Source of the DNA: Patescibacteria group bacterium
GTDB lineage: Bacteria > Patescibacteriota > Microgenomatia > Levybacterales > UBA12049
Direction: 5' to 3'
Length of the DNA stretch: 60,298 nucleotides
Assembly: GCA_038063415.1 (NCBI GenBank)
Contig: JBBTVD010000009.1
Span: forward strand, 81,430 to 141,727
Made by a program: the position numbers and the translations under genes. The notes under the pieces are model-generated. The model saw only the letters and a list, made by a program, of their open reading frames with translations. It was not told the origin of the DNA and searched no databases. Below, piece after piece: positions 45,114 through 53,611 of the stretch. The number at the start of each line of letters is the position of its first letter. Within the stretch, counting starts at the first letter, position 1.

Positions 45114-46902
45114 TGTCGTTTCGTAATTGCGTGAGAAACGTAGTGGCAGCGAGTCTTCCTAGATCCTCTCCATTTCTCTTACGCACAGAAATAACCTCAT
45201 CGGCAATTTCTTTGTCCCCTATTATACCCATAAAAGGTACTTTTTGTAAAGTAGCGTCTCGTATCTTTGCCTGAAGACGTTCTGAACGGACATCTGCTTC
45301 TGCTCTGATACCTACGGCTTGCAGCTCTTTGGCTATTTTTTCTGCATACTCGTTGTGTCGATCGGCAATAGGAAGGAGGCTTACTTGTACTGGTGCAAGC
45401 CACAGAGGGAAGGCTCCTGCTGTGTGTTCGATGTACACAGAAAGAAATCGTTCTATCGATCCCATGAGTGCAAAGTGAATCATAACAGGTGTTTGTTCTT
45501 TGCCGTCTTGATCAATATAGGTAAGTCCAAAACGTTTTGGCTGGACAAAATCAAGCTGTGGTGTTGCCACTTGCCATTCGCGCCCCAATGCATCAATTGC
45601 CATAAAGTCTATTTTGGGTCCATAGAAAGCAGCCTCACCTTCTGCAGTGTAATAATCGAGCTTATTTTTCTTTGCGACCTTAAGGATAATTTCCTGCGCC
45701 TTTTCCCATAGTGCATCATCGCCAATATATTTTTCTGGAGTTTGTGGGTCTCGGAATGAAAGCCTTGCCCTTAGTTTCATCCCAATGGTTTTATAGAAGG
45801 TTTGCACAACTTCAATAAGTTCATCATAAATAGCATCAATTTGCTCAGGAGTACAAAAAGCATGACTATCATCTTGTGTAAGCGATCTTACTCGTGCAAG
45901 ACCCAAAAGCTCGCCTGCTTTTTCATCACGGTAATCAGTTGTTGTTTCCATATACTTGATAGGGAGATCACGATAGCTTCGTATGCGTGAGGCATAAATT
46001 TGCTGGTGATGTGGGCAGTTCATTGGCTTCATCACCATTTCATCAGTTGTCTCCTGGCTTTTTACCAGGAAAAGTTCTTTGCCAAACTTATCCCAATGTC
46101 CAGAAACCTTATACAAGTCATTTTTGGTAATATGGGGTGTCCATACTTTAGAAAAGCCCTTTTCTTCTCGTAGCCCTTGCGAGTAATCATTTAAAAGTTC
46201 CCGTAAGAGTGTCCCTTTGGGAGTAAAAAGTGGCAAACCCTTCCCAACAAGATCTGAAAGCACAAACAAATCAAGGTCTTTGCCCAATTTTCGGTGATCT
46301 CGCTTCTTGGCTTCTTCAAGCATTACTAGATGCTCTTCCAGTTCTTTTTTGCTTGCAAATGCTGTGCCATAGACACGAGTGAGCATCTTATTCTTTTCGT
46401 CACCTCTCCAGTAGGCTCCGGCAATAGAGAGTAGTTTAAATGCTCCAATGTCTTTCTTTGGTTCTTCACTATGTCCTCCACGACAAAGATCTTCAAAGTC
46501 CCCTACTTTATACAAAGTAATTTTTTCACCTTTCTTGATGATTCCTTCGATAAGTTCGAGTTTATACGGATTATCTTTATAGATGTCCTTTGCTTCTTTT
46601 TCGGTTACTTCCCGATGAGAAAATGCCCCCCATGTTTTGAGCAGTTCTGCCATTTTTTGTTCTATTCTTGCAAAAGCATTAGCATTTAACGTATCTATTT
46701 TTTCACTAACAGGTCGATTATCGTTATTTTTTTGTTTAAAAACTTTTTGAACTTCTTCTTTATTAAATTCAAAGTCATAATAAAAGCCATGTTCGATTGC
46801 TGGACCAATCGTAAGTTTTGTGTTAGGAAGTAATTCCAATATTGCTGCCGCAAGTAAATGGGCAGTAGAGTGTCTCATTGCTTGTAGGTGTTGGTCATTC
46901 AT
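45097..46902 (-). CDS. thrS: threonyl-tRNA synthetase (no N-terminal TGS domain)
   Basis: 601 aa. Begins at the editing-domain motif RHSTAHLLAAA. Class II core YRDEKAGELLGLARVRSLTQDDSH. Confidence 0.9.
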   Translation of the reverse strand: MNDQHLQAMRHSTAHLLAAAILELLPNTKLTIGPAIEHGFYYDFEFNKEEVQKVFKQKNNDNRPVSEKIDTLNANAFARIEQKMAELLKTWGAFSHREVTEKEAKDIYKDNPYKLELIEGIIKKGEKITLYKVGDFEDLCRGGHSEEPKKDIGAFKLLSIAGAYWRGDEKNKMLTRVYGTAFASKKELEEHLVMLEEAKKRDHRKLGKDLDLFVLSDLVGKGLPLFTPKGTLLRELLNDYSQGLREEKGFSKVWTPHITKNDLYKVSGHWDKFGKELFLVKSQETTDEMVMKPMNCPHHQQIYASRIRSYRDLPIKYMETTTDYRDEKAGELLGLARVRSLTQDDSHAFCTPEQIDAIYDELIEVVQTFYKTIGMKLRARLSFRDPQTPEKYIGDDALWEKAQEIILKVAKKNKLDYYTAEGEAAFYGPKIDFMAIDALGREWQVATPQLDFVQPKRFGLTYIDQDGKEQTPVMIHFALMGSIERFLSVYIEHTAGAFPLWLAPVQVSLLPIADRHNEYAEKIAKELQAVGIRAEADVRSERLQAKIRDATLQKVPFMGIIGDKEIADEVISVRKRNGEDLGRLAATTFLTQLRNDIDKKR

Positions 46903-46922
46903 GGGCTTTTACTCATTATAAC

Positions 46923-46947
46923 AAAAAACCCCGACTTAATCGGGGTT
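46923..46947 (-). terminator. intrinsic terminator-like hairpin 20 nt upstream of the thrS ATG (attenuator candidate)
   Basis: Minus strand AACCCCGA-UUAAG-UCGGGGUU followed by UUUUG. Confidence 0.5.
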
Positions 46948-47023
46948 GGTTTTCAGCACAACGAACCCCTCGTTAGAGGATGGTGGTAGTTGTGATGGTA
47001 ATTCCTTGCGACATATTGAGACA

Positions 47024-47052
47024 ATATTACTCTGTTGTGGGAGGGGTGTCAA
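47024..47052 (-). promoter_or_regulatory. sigma70-like promoter, TTGACA-17 nt-TAATAT (minus strand)
   Basis: Read directly. Would start a transcript of roughly 95 nt ending at the 46923-46947 hairpin. Confidence 0.5.
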
Positions 47053-47070
47053 GTAGTAAGCAGACACCTG

Positions 47071-47355
47071 TTATTTTCGAAGATCTTGATTATTGTTGAG
47101 GACAAACGTGGTAATATCAGAGACAAATGATCCAATAATCGGTACAAGATTTGCTTGATCTGCAATGATGCCTAGAATGGTAAAAAGGACAGAAATACCA
47201 ACGGTTGCTCCAAACCCCCAGGCAATACCACCAATAAAATTGTTAAAAAGGATCTCTTTTATGCTGATGCGGGTAATAGTCCGCTCAAAAGGTTGTTCTG
47301 GCACCACTTTTATATCCATTGGAGTCAGTATAACAAACGCAGATTTTTTTGTCAT
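47071..47355 (-). CDS. small membrane protein, hypothetical (DUF5665-like)
   Basis: 94 aa with two hydrophobic helices (GGIAWGFGATVGISVLFTILGII). Confidence 0.45.
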   Translation of the reverse strand: MTKKSAFVILTPMDIKVVPEQPFERTITRISIKEILFNNFIGGIAWGFGATVGISVLFTILGIIADQANLVPIIGSFVSDITTFVLNNNQDLRK

Positions 47356-47400
47356 TCGTAGAAGAAAGGTATAGAGATCCTGAAATAAATTCAGGATGAC
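47351..47400. repeat. partial hairpin repeat, copy O
   Basis: gtcattcg...atcctgaAATAAAttcaggat-gac. Its left GTCAT contains the start codon of the 47071..47355 ORF. Confidence 0.55.
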
Positions 47401-47407
47401 AATTTCT

Positions 47408-47989
47408 TTATAAACCTAAATCTTCATGAATGTCCTGCATAGCGGTGAGCGTGATCTTAATGAATTCAGGAAGTAGTATAGCTAGTTTTTCTTCGCATTT
47501 TTTGATCATTTCACGATCTGCTCCTGCAGCAAATGCTTTTTGGTTGAATTTCTTCATGACTGACTCTGGAGTGACTGATGCAAGCTTCTGATCAGGCCTT
47601 ACAAGGGCACAGGCTGTCACGAGACCCGTCAATTGGTCACAGGTCGTGATTGCCCAGTCCATAGGACTCTCAGGCATGATATGCGAGTACTCAAAGGCGT
47701 GTGCTTGAATACCATGCAGGATATCTGCTGGGATACTTTCTTTTTCTGGGACAAAATTTAATGTGCCGTGTTGCAGTACATCTCCTTTGTCCTGGCAAAC
47801 TTCATAATCAACATCATGAAGAAGTCCTGTGATTCCCCATGTTTCTTTCCCCCCCCCTGTTTGTTCGGCTTGTGGTGTAAGTCGTTTGTAGAGAGCCTTC
47901 ATACTCGCCTCAGTAGCAAGGGAATGCTTCATAAGGTTTTTGTTCGTAAGATATTTTGTCAGCAGTTGATATGCTTGTTCTCTATTCAT
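47408..47989 (-). CDS. HD-domain phosphohydrolase
   Basis: 193 aa with MKHSLATEA and GLLHDVDYE. Confidence 0.7.
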   Translation of the reverse strand: MNREQAYQLLTKYLTNKNLMKHSLATEASMKALYKRLTPQAEQTGGGKETWGITGLLHDVDYEVCQDKGDVLQHGTLNFVPEKESIPADILHGIQAHAFEYSHIMPESPMDWAITTCDQLTGLVTACALVRPDQKLASVTPESVMKKFNQKAFAAGADREMIKKCEEKLAILLPEFIKITLTAMQDIHEDLGL

Positions 47990-47991
47990 AG

Positions 47992-48065
47992 TGGGCCCAA
48001 GAAGAGTCGAACTTCTGACCTTTGCAATGTCAATGCAACGCTCTAACCAACTGAGCTATGAGCCC
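47992..48065 (-). tRNA. tRNA-Val (anticodon GAC), no encoded CCA
   Basis: Hand-folded cloverleaf: acceptor GGGCUCA/UGGGCCC, D arm GCUC-AGUUGGUUA-GAGC, anticodon arm UUGCA-UUGACAU-UGCAA, variable loop AGGUC, T arm AGAAG-UUCGACU-CUUCU, discriminator A. Confidence 0.85.
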
Positions 48066-48116
48066 CAATATCATCACATTGTAGCAAAATCCGTGCTTGA
48101 AAACAATCTAAGAAGC

Positions 48117-49223
48117 CTACTTATCTACGGAAAGTAAGAACTTTTTAAGAATAGCATAATAGGTGTCGAGACTTTTAATATTGACGTACTCTCCGTCTGT
48201 ATGTTGATTTGCTCCTATTGGTCCAAACTCTATTCCATCGACACCAATGCCACTATAGTGTCGTGCATCAGAGGTGGCATGTTGTTTAACCAGTGGAAGT
48301 TTTTCTTTATACACTTTGGTTACAATTTTATGAAGGGCTTGCACATGTTGATTATGCTCGTCTGTTTGGTGGGGTGCTGAGTTATGCAGAATCTCCATCG
48401 AAACTCCATCGATAAGAAGCGATTTAATTTGCGCCACAATGGTTTCTTTTTCGGTGGGGATGTATCGTACATCAATAATTGCTTCACAATAGTCTGGGGT
48501 ACGATTATAGGCGGTATCTCGCTTCTCTTTCCCTTGTGTTTCAATATGTGTTACGTTCACTGTCGTTTGATACAGAGCTTCGTCTGGTATTGGATATTTT
48601 TGCAAAATGTTATGAATAGCTTGTTGTAGTTTCCAGATGGCATTATCTCCTAGCCAAGGGTAAGCACTATGAGAGGTTTTTCCTGTTGCTATAAGCTTCA
48701 CGACAAGACGAGCTTTTGCTTCATGAATGATACGGAAATTGCTTCCACATTCTGTTGCGATGACAAAGTCTCCTCGGACACCATTCTCTATTTGATATTT
48801 TGTGCCATCTTCTCCTCCTACTTCTTCATCCGTTGTGATTTGCAGCGCAAGTGGGAAAGGTATCTTTGGAGCAAGCTCTTTAAATAGGAGCATCATTGTT
48901 GCGGCACCTGCTTTTGTATCATATGCGCCTCTTCCGTATAATTTGCCGTTTTTTACTTGTGGAGTAAATTGACTCGTGGTTCCAGGAACAACATCCAAAT
49001 GAGCATTTAGGATGAATTTAAAATTTCGAGTATCTTTATCCTTATTACTGTAGAGTAAACTGGGGAAACTGTTTGAAACAAACGGAGTAACCGTATGTCC
49101 TTCCATATATCTTTCAGTAAATTTGAGAATAGCAACAGCTTTTTCTATATCTCCGGTAACAGATGGGACAGAAATCAGTTTTTTTGCAAGTGGTATGATT
49201 TTATCTTGCATAGATATATGCAT
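48117..49223 (-). CDS. M20-family metallopeptidase (ArgE/DapE-like deacylase)
   Basis: 368 aa with NAHLDVVPG, GRGAYDTKAG and TTDEEVGG. Confidence 0.8.
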   Translation of the reverse strand: MHISMQDKIIPLAKKLISVPSVTGDIEKAVAILKFTERYMEGHTVTPFVSNSFPSLLYSNKDKDTRNFKFILNAHLDVVPGTTSQFTPQVKNGKLYGRGAYDTKAGAATMMLLFKELAPKIPFPLALQITTDEEVGGEDGTKYQIENGVRGDFVIATECGSNFRIIHEAKARLVVKLIATGKTSHSAYPWLGDNAIWKLQQAIHNILQKYPIPDEALYQTTVNVTHIETQGKEKRDTAYNRTPDYCEAIIDVRYIPTEKETIVAQIKSLLIDGVSMEILHNSAPHQTDEHNQHVQALHKIVTKVYKEKLPLVKQHATSDARHYSGIGVDGIEFGPIGANQHTDGEYVNIKSLDTYYAILKKFLLSVDK

Positions 49224-49229
49224 TATAGC

Positions 49230-49547
49230 TTATGCTGTGTATTGTTGGATACTCACCTGCGGATCTTTTGTAAGATTATTCGTTAGTAGTTTTTTGGATG
49301 CATAAAGTGCTTCATCCCAGTTCCCATAAAGCAGCGCGTTTTCTTTTTGACCGTCAGGCATAAGTATCACATAGATATATTGTTCGTACAGAACCGCTTT
49401 CTTATCTTTCCCCTTTGTGTCAGCTGCATTAAGAACTATACCGCAAGGAGTTTCATTTCCAGCTGCTTGTAGTTCTCCTTTTATCTTTTTTAGAAATTGT
49501 TTTGATTCTTTATAAAAATTTTCTATATTTTGTATTTGTTGTTTCAT
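49230..49547 (-). CDS. hypothetical protein
   Basis: 105-aa ORF with AAAGGAGAA 5 nt upstream of the ATG. Confidence 0.45.
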   Translation of the reverse strand: MKQQIQNIENFYKESKQFLKKIKGELQAAGNETPCGIVLNAADTKGKDKKAVLYEQYIYVILMPDGQKENALLYGNWDEALYASKKLLTNNLTKDPQVSIQQYTA

Positions 49548-49567
49548 ACTATTCTCCTTTTAAAAAC

Positions 49568-49593
49568 AAAAAAACCCGCTTACATTGGCGGGT
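49568..49593 (-). terminator. intrinsic terminator-like hairpin in the leader of the 49230..49547 ORF
   Basis: Minus strand ACCCGC-CAAUGUAA-GCGGGU followed by 7 U. Confidence 0.5.
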
Positions 49594-49690
49594 GTCATTC
49601 TGTTTTCCTATTCAACACAAGAACACACCCACTGTTACGGGGTAATGCATGAAATAATCTTGTGAAGGTTTCGCATGTATAACATAGTAC

Positions 49691-49720
49691 ATATTAAAGC
49701 ACTTTTTAAATAAGTTGTAA
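49691..49720 (-). promoter_or_regulatory. possible promoter, TTACAA-18 nt-TAATAT (minus strand)
   Basis: Read directly, weaker than the other promoters listed. Confidence 0.3.
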
Positions 49721-49741
49721 AGAGGTCATTCATAGACAAAC

Positions 49742-50191
49742 TTAATCAAGAGTAACTGTTTGCATAAGCTTTGTAATATAATCCGCAGGCAAGAGATCTT
49801 TAGATTCGGTTATTAATGCAATATATTCTTTGGTTGGTAAGAGATTTTCTTGTAGAGTAAATGGGGTGGCAACATATGTTGTAGCTTCTACTTTATCTCC
49901 CGAAGATAGTGTCACAAATACTTCTTCTCTCGTATATCCTATTGGATAATCTTCCGTTTTGTCAATAATCTTGACATCTTCGTCAGTAAGTTCGTAGAGA
50001 ATTCCATGAATGCCTGTCTTATTGTTGTCAGAAATAATTGTCGCAAAACCTTTTTGTGGATGTGACGCTGCCTGTTTAGTAAAAACAAGTGAGTATTTAG
50101 GCAAAAAAGCAGCTTGTCTTGTTGAAGGATCAACGCCGATATGCTTCATCCATGTCTGGCTCATGAGGGCTCCGTATGCGAAGAGTTTCAT
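49742..50191 (-). CDS. gamma-glutamylcyclotransferase (AIG2/GGACT-like)
   Basis: 149 aa with MKLFAYGALMS N-terminus and size typical of the family. Confidence 0.65.
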   Translation of the reverse strand: MKLFAYGALMSQTWMKHIGVDPSTRQAAFLPKYSLVFTKQAASHPQKGFATIISDNNKTGIHGILYELTDEDVKIIDKTEDYPIGYTREEVFVTLSSGDKVEATTYVATPFTLQENLLPTKEYIALITESKDLLPADYITKLMQTVTLD

Positions 50192-50207
50192 AGGAGTATT
50201 GTATCAT

Positions 50208-50885
50208 TTACCCTACTTGGGTGGCGACAGCACGTTCGTTAGAGAGAGTAACTTTTGCTCCTTGTTTTTGGAATTGCTTATTTTGGCGTTTACGGTTCTT
50301 ACTTCCTGTTGCTTGTACCCATGCACCAGCATCTTCAGCATTTTTTCGTGCCGTTTGAACAAGATCAAATAAGAGCTCAAAAAAGTTAAGATGGTACGTC
50401 CCGACATTTACCGGAGCATCTTCAACACCAATTTCTGCAAATTGCATCTGTAGTACTCGAGAGGTAGCAATCAGTTTTTTCAGCTCATCAAGAATTTGTT
50501 TAACTTTGTATGCAATTTCACGATTTTCTTGCGTGGCACCTTTCCTCGTGTTAAGAATTTCACTTGTATAATCATAGGCTGCTTTTTGTTCTGATTTTCT
50601 TCCTGTTTCAGCTGTCTGAGTAAACTTTTCTTGGCTCTTGGCAATTTTTTCAGCAATCCCTCCGTTATGCTTTTTGGCACTAAAGATAACCCCTGGTTCA
50701 TCGTCGGTAATTAGTTCAGGAATACCAGCTTTTTCGCTGTATCCTCCACTATCAAGGCCAAGTAGTTGGCTAAAAAAGTCACTTCCAAAGCCACTTACCT
50801 GGTCTTTTGCAGAAGCGATACTTGCCCGGAGGTGATCTTCGGATTCATGTGCAGCCGTATGTTGTGATGTTTTGGATTTCGCCAT
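50208..50885 (-). CDS. hypothetical protein
   Basis: 225-aa ORF, no motif recognised. Confidence 0.45.
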   Translation of the reverse strand: MAKSKTSQHTAAHESEDHLRASIASAKDQVSGFGSDFFSQLLGLDSGGYSEKAGIPELITDDEPGVIFSAKKHNGGIAEKIAKSQEKFTQTAETGRKSEQKAAYDYTSEILNTRKGATQENREIAYKVKQILDELKKLIATSRVLQMQFAEIGVEDAPVNVGTYHLNFFELLFDLVQTARKNAEDAGAWVQATGSKNRKRQNKQFQKQGAKVTLSNERAVATQVG

Positions 50886-50901
50886 AGTGTGGCGGACTCT
50901 A

Positions 50902-51741
50902 TCACAAATTCATCAAAAAATCAAGTGTTTTTTGTTGTCTCAAGATGCCCGCGATGACATATCTGTTGGATTCAAGGTTCTGTTTTTCCGCTGGACTTTG
51001 TGCTTTTTGGATAGCTTCTTCAATTTCCTTTTCTTCAACAGAGATCTTTTCAAGGTCAGCAATTTTTTGAAGGACAAATTCTACTTTGATATCTTCTTCT
51101 GCTCGTTTTGCGTATTCCGCACGAAGATCTTCTGAAGTTCTTTTCGTTGAAGCCAGATATTGGTCAAGACTAAGTCCAAGCCGTTTGATGTCATCAAGTA
51201 ATTGTGCAAGTAGCCTATCTGCTTCTTGCTCAACCAATACTGCTGGAATAGTAGCCTTGGTATCTTCAAGTACTGCTTTGATAATTTGTTCCATCGTTGG
51301 CTTCTCAGCCTTTTTTTCTTCTTTGCCAGGAACGATAATGGTTGCTTTCTTTGTTACTTTTTGGACATTGGTTTTGTATTTCCCTGGTGTTATTTCTGGC
51401 ATTTCGCAAGTCATTGCACTAAAGACCCAATCTTCTCCTTCATCAATCTTTTCGACACTAATCTTTGGGTTCATAATTGGACGAATAGCATTCTCTTGTA
51501 CGGCTTTCATATACGCTTCTGGAAGGAGTTTCTTGAGTACATCTTCTCGAATATGATCAGGATTCAATCGTCCAGCAGCCATATCTTTTGGTGCTTTACC
51601 CTTTCGGAAGCCTGGAACATTTACCTCTTTTACATGTTCCGTAAGTACTTCATCGCGAATCTTGGATACTTGTGCAAATGGAAGGCTAACAGTGAGCTTA
51701 ATCGTACCGTCGGGGAGTTTTTCGAGAGATGCTTTTGTCAT
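50902..51741 (-). CDS. tig: trigger factor, short form (apparently without a PPIase domain)
   Basis: 279 aa with the ribosome-binding motif GFRKGKAP in the N-terminal domain. Too short for the canonical three-domain protein. Confidence 0.7.
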   Translation of the reverse strand: MTKASLEKLPDGTIKLTVSLPFAQVSKIRDEVLTEHVKEVNVPGFRKGKAPKDMAAGRLNPDHIREDVLKKLLPEAYMKAVQENAIRPIMNPKISVEKIDEGEDWVFSAMTCEMPEITPGKYKTNVQKVTKKATIIVPGKEEKKAEKPTMEQIIKAVLEDTKATIPAVLVEQEADRLLAQLLDDIKRLGLSLDQYLASTKRTSEDLRAEYAKRAEEDIKVEFVLQKIADLEKISVEEKEIEEAIQKAQSPAEKQNLESNRYVIAGILRQQKTLDFLMNL

Positions 51742-51949
51742 AGATTAGCCACATTCTACCAAAATTATTATATGTAATCAATGGGTAATTATAAGAATGT
51801 TAAGCAAATCTTCTTTTCCAATGATAGCATATGTACTACAAAAGATTAGTTGAAAAAATCATATAAATATGTTATTTTATGGTTATGGAAAGGAACGAAT
51901 TTAGTAGAGATCTTTATAAAGATGGTGCTCCTCCATATCGGATATAATC

Positions 51950-52561
51950 CTATTTTTCTCCAGTAATCTTTTTACTCTTTAAGTCCTCATTCATCTTTTC
52001 CCACTCCTTATAAAAAGTTGAACTATTAGCATCTGCTCTTAATTTATCTATACAATCTTTCCCCTCATCATGAGCTGTTAATGCTATTGATTTGAAAAAA
52101 GATCGTATTAACTCTTTATTAAGAAGGTTCCTATTATAGAAAATTGCAAGATCCTCAAAAAAGTTAAAATAAAGTGTTACTATTGGTCTAATTTTTTTAT
52201 ATTGAGGATTTTTCATATTTGATATAATATCTAGTCTTGCATTTTTTGTTTTTCCTCCGTCTCGGAGAAAGACTAATGCTTCAGCTGTAGTCTCCTTAAA
52301 TGATTCATTATTATAACGAGCAAAGTATTCATAGCTTCTCTTTGCTTTCTCTTGCTCCACTGCCACTCGTATTTGTTCTGCTAGATAAACAACAGATATA
52401 GAGGCTAAGGCTCCTGTGATCAATATTACGCTATCAAAAAGTGACTTTTGTCCTGTAAAAAGCAAATAAAATCCGCTTACAATGAGAAATATACCAACAA
52501 AATAGATTATAATTACGCTATAGAGAAGTATTTTTGTCCAAATATTCTTAATTTTTTCCAC
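51950..52561 (-). CDS. hypothetical two-TM protein (possibly DUF4760-like)
   Basis: 203 aa with two N-terminal TM helices. NFFEDLAIFYNRNLLNKELIRSFF vaguely recalls DUF4760. AT-rich gene. Confidence 0.35.
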   Translation of the reverse strand: MEKIKNIWTKILLYSVIIIYFVGIFLIVSGFYLLFTGQKSLFDSVILITGALASISVVYLAEQIRVAVEQEKAKRSYEYFARYNNESFKETTAEALVFLRDGGKTKNARLDIISNMKNPQYKKIRPIVTLYFNFFEDLAIFYNRNLLNKELIRSFFKSIALTAHDEGKDCIDKLRADANSSTFYKEWEKMNEDLKSKKITGEK

Positions 52562-52629
52562 ATTTTTGATTTTACGCTCTCTCTATAAGTCTGTCAATCG
52601 ATAGAGAAACCTAATCAGTAGCAAGATGA

Positions 52630-53511
52630 TTATTGGGACTGTAACTGGCTATAGACAGTTGTCAGTGTCGGATACCAATAGGCAGCCATTTTGATATAGC
52701 CTGTTGTATTGGGATGTATCCCATCATACAAATCAGCTTCAGTTAGCCCCTGAGACATATCAACATACGATATCCTTCTTCCTTGCCCACGATAAATAGA
52801 GACAAGTCCCGGAATAGCCCCGTTATAATTTGCCCAGGCATTTTTGTCTCCTCTACTTGTTACAATGGTCGATACAATGACGAAAGTGTCCGGTTTTGCA
52901 GCAAAGATATTTGCTAGGAGCGTTGATAGGCTTCCGGTAATGGTTTCTCCTGGTGATCCATGGTCTAGATCATTCGTACCAATATGGAGCAGAATAATAT
53001 CTGGTTGAGCTGCTACGACGAGTGAGCTGCTGGCACCAGCAAGTGTTCCCGTATCCCAGCCAATATGTCCTTCATGATTCCAATCTCCCAGATCTGAACT
53101 GCCATTAGCAAGTGACCCTACAAAGTCAACGTTATAGCCGTTTTGTTGAAGCATACTCCAGAGATAGGTACGGTAACCCCCTGGGAAGAAGACGCCGTCC
53201 GTAATAGAGTCGCCCATAGGCATTATTTTTACTGTTGTTTTTGCTATGGCGATGGTGGGTGATGGTGTAGGGCTGGTTGAAATTGGGGTTGTTGTGGGAG
53301 TAATTTTTTTTGTGGGAACTACTGAGCCTGCGAGCGAAGGTGCGATGGTTGTTGTTGCCAGAGCTTTTGAATACAATCGTTCTGTCGGTTGGATAGCGTT
53401 TGTTTCTTTTACCCTTTTTTGTACTGGTGCAGGCATTCGTGCAAGTATAATTGCTGCGAGAAAGAAGAACGACGTAAGACACGCCAAGAGAATGATCAGG
53501 GGCCTGTTCAT
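52630..53511 (-). CDS. secreted SGNH/GDSL hydrolase
   Basis: 293 aa with a signal peptide, MGDSITDG (block I), GTNDL and DGIHPN (block V). Confidence 0.75.
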   Translation of the reverse strand: MNRPLIILLACLTSFFFLAAIILARMPAPVQKRVKETNAIQPTERLYSKALATTTIAPSLAGSVVPTKKITPTTTPISTSPTPSPTIAIAKTTVKIMPMGDSITDGVFFPGGYRTYLWSMLQQNGYNVDFVGSLANGSSDLGDWNHEGHIGWDTGTLAGASSSLVVAAQPDIILLHIGTNDLDHGSPGETITGSLSTLLANIFAAKPDTFVIVSTIVTSRGDKNAWANYNGAIPGLVSIYRGQGRRISYVDMSQGLTEADLYDGIHPNTTGYIKMAAYWYPTLTTVYSQLQSQ

Positions 53512-53561
53512 GATATTAATAGTAGCGAGAAGAAATCCACATCGTCAAGAGAGAAAATAGA

Positions 53562-53590
53562 TTGACAAAGAGTTCTGCCTCGAGTAATCT
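53562..53590 (+). promoter_or_regulatory. sigma70-like promoter, TTGACA-17 nt-TAATCT
   Basis: Read directly, about 21 nt upstream of the ATG at 53612. Confidence 0.45.
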
Positions 53591-53611
53591 AGCTATGGCT
53601 AGGATAAGCAT

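Noticed and set aside
46903-47020. T-box riboswitch upstream of thrS
   Set aside because: The leader is only about 95 nt. It lacks the conserved T-box sequence (AAnnnGGGUGGUACCGCG-like) and a UGGN bulge on the correct strand. GGTGGTAG occurs only on the opposite strand.
38-47400. The hairpin repeats as a possible CRISPR array
   Set aside because: The copies are dispersed and in both orientations. They are internally palindromic pairs rather than direct repeats at regular spacing, and no cas genes are present.
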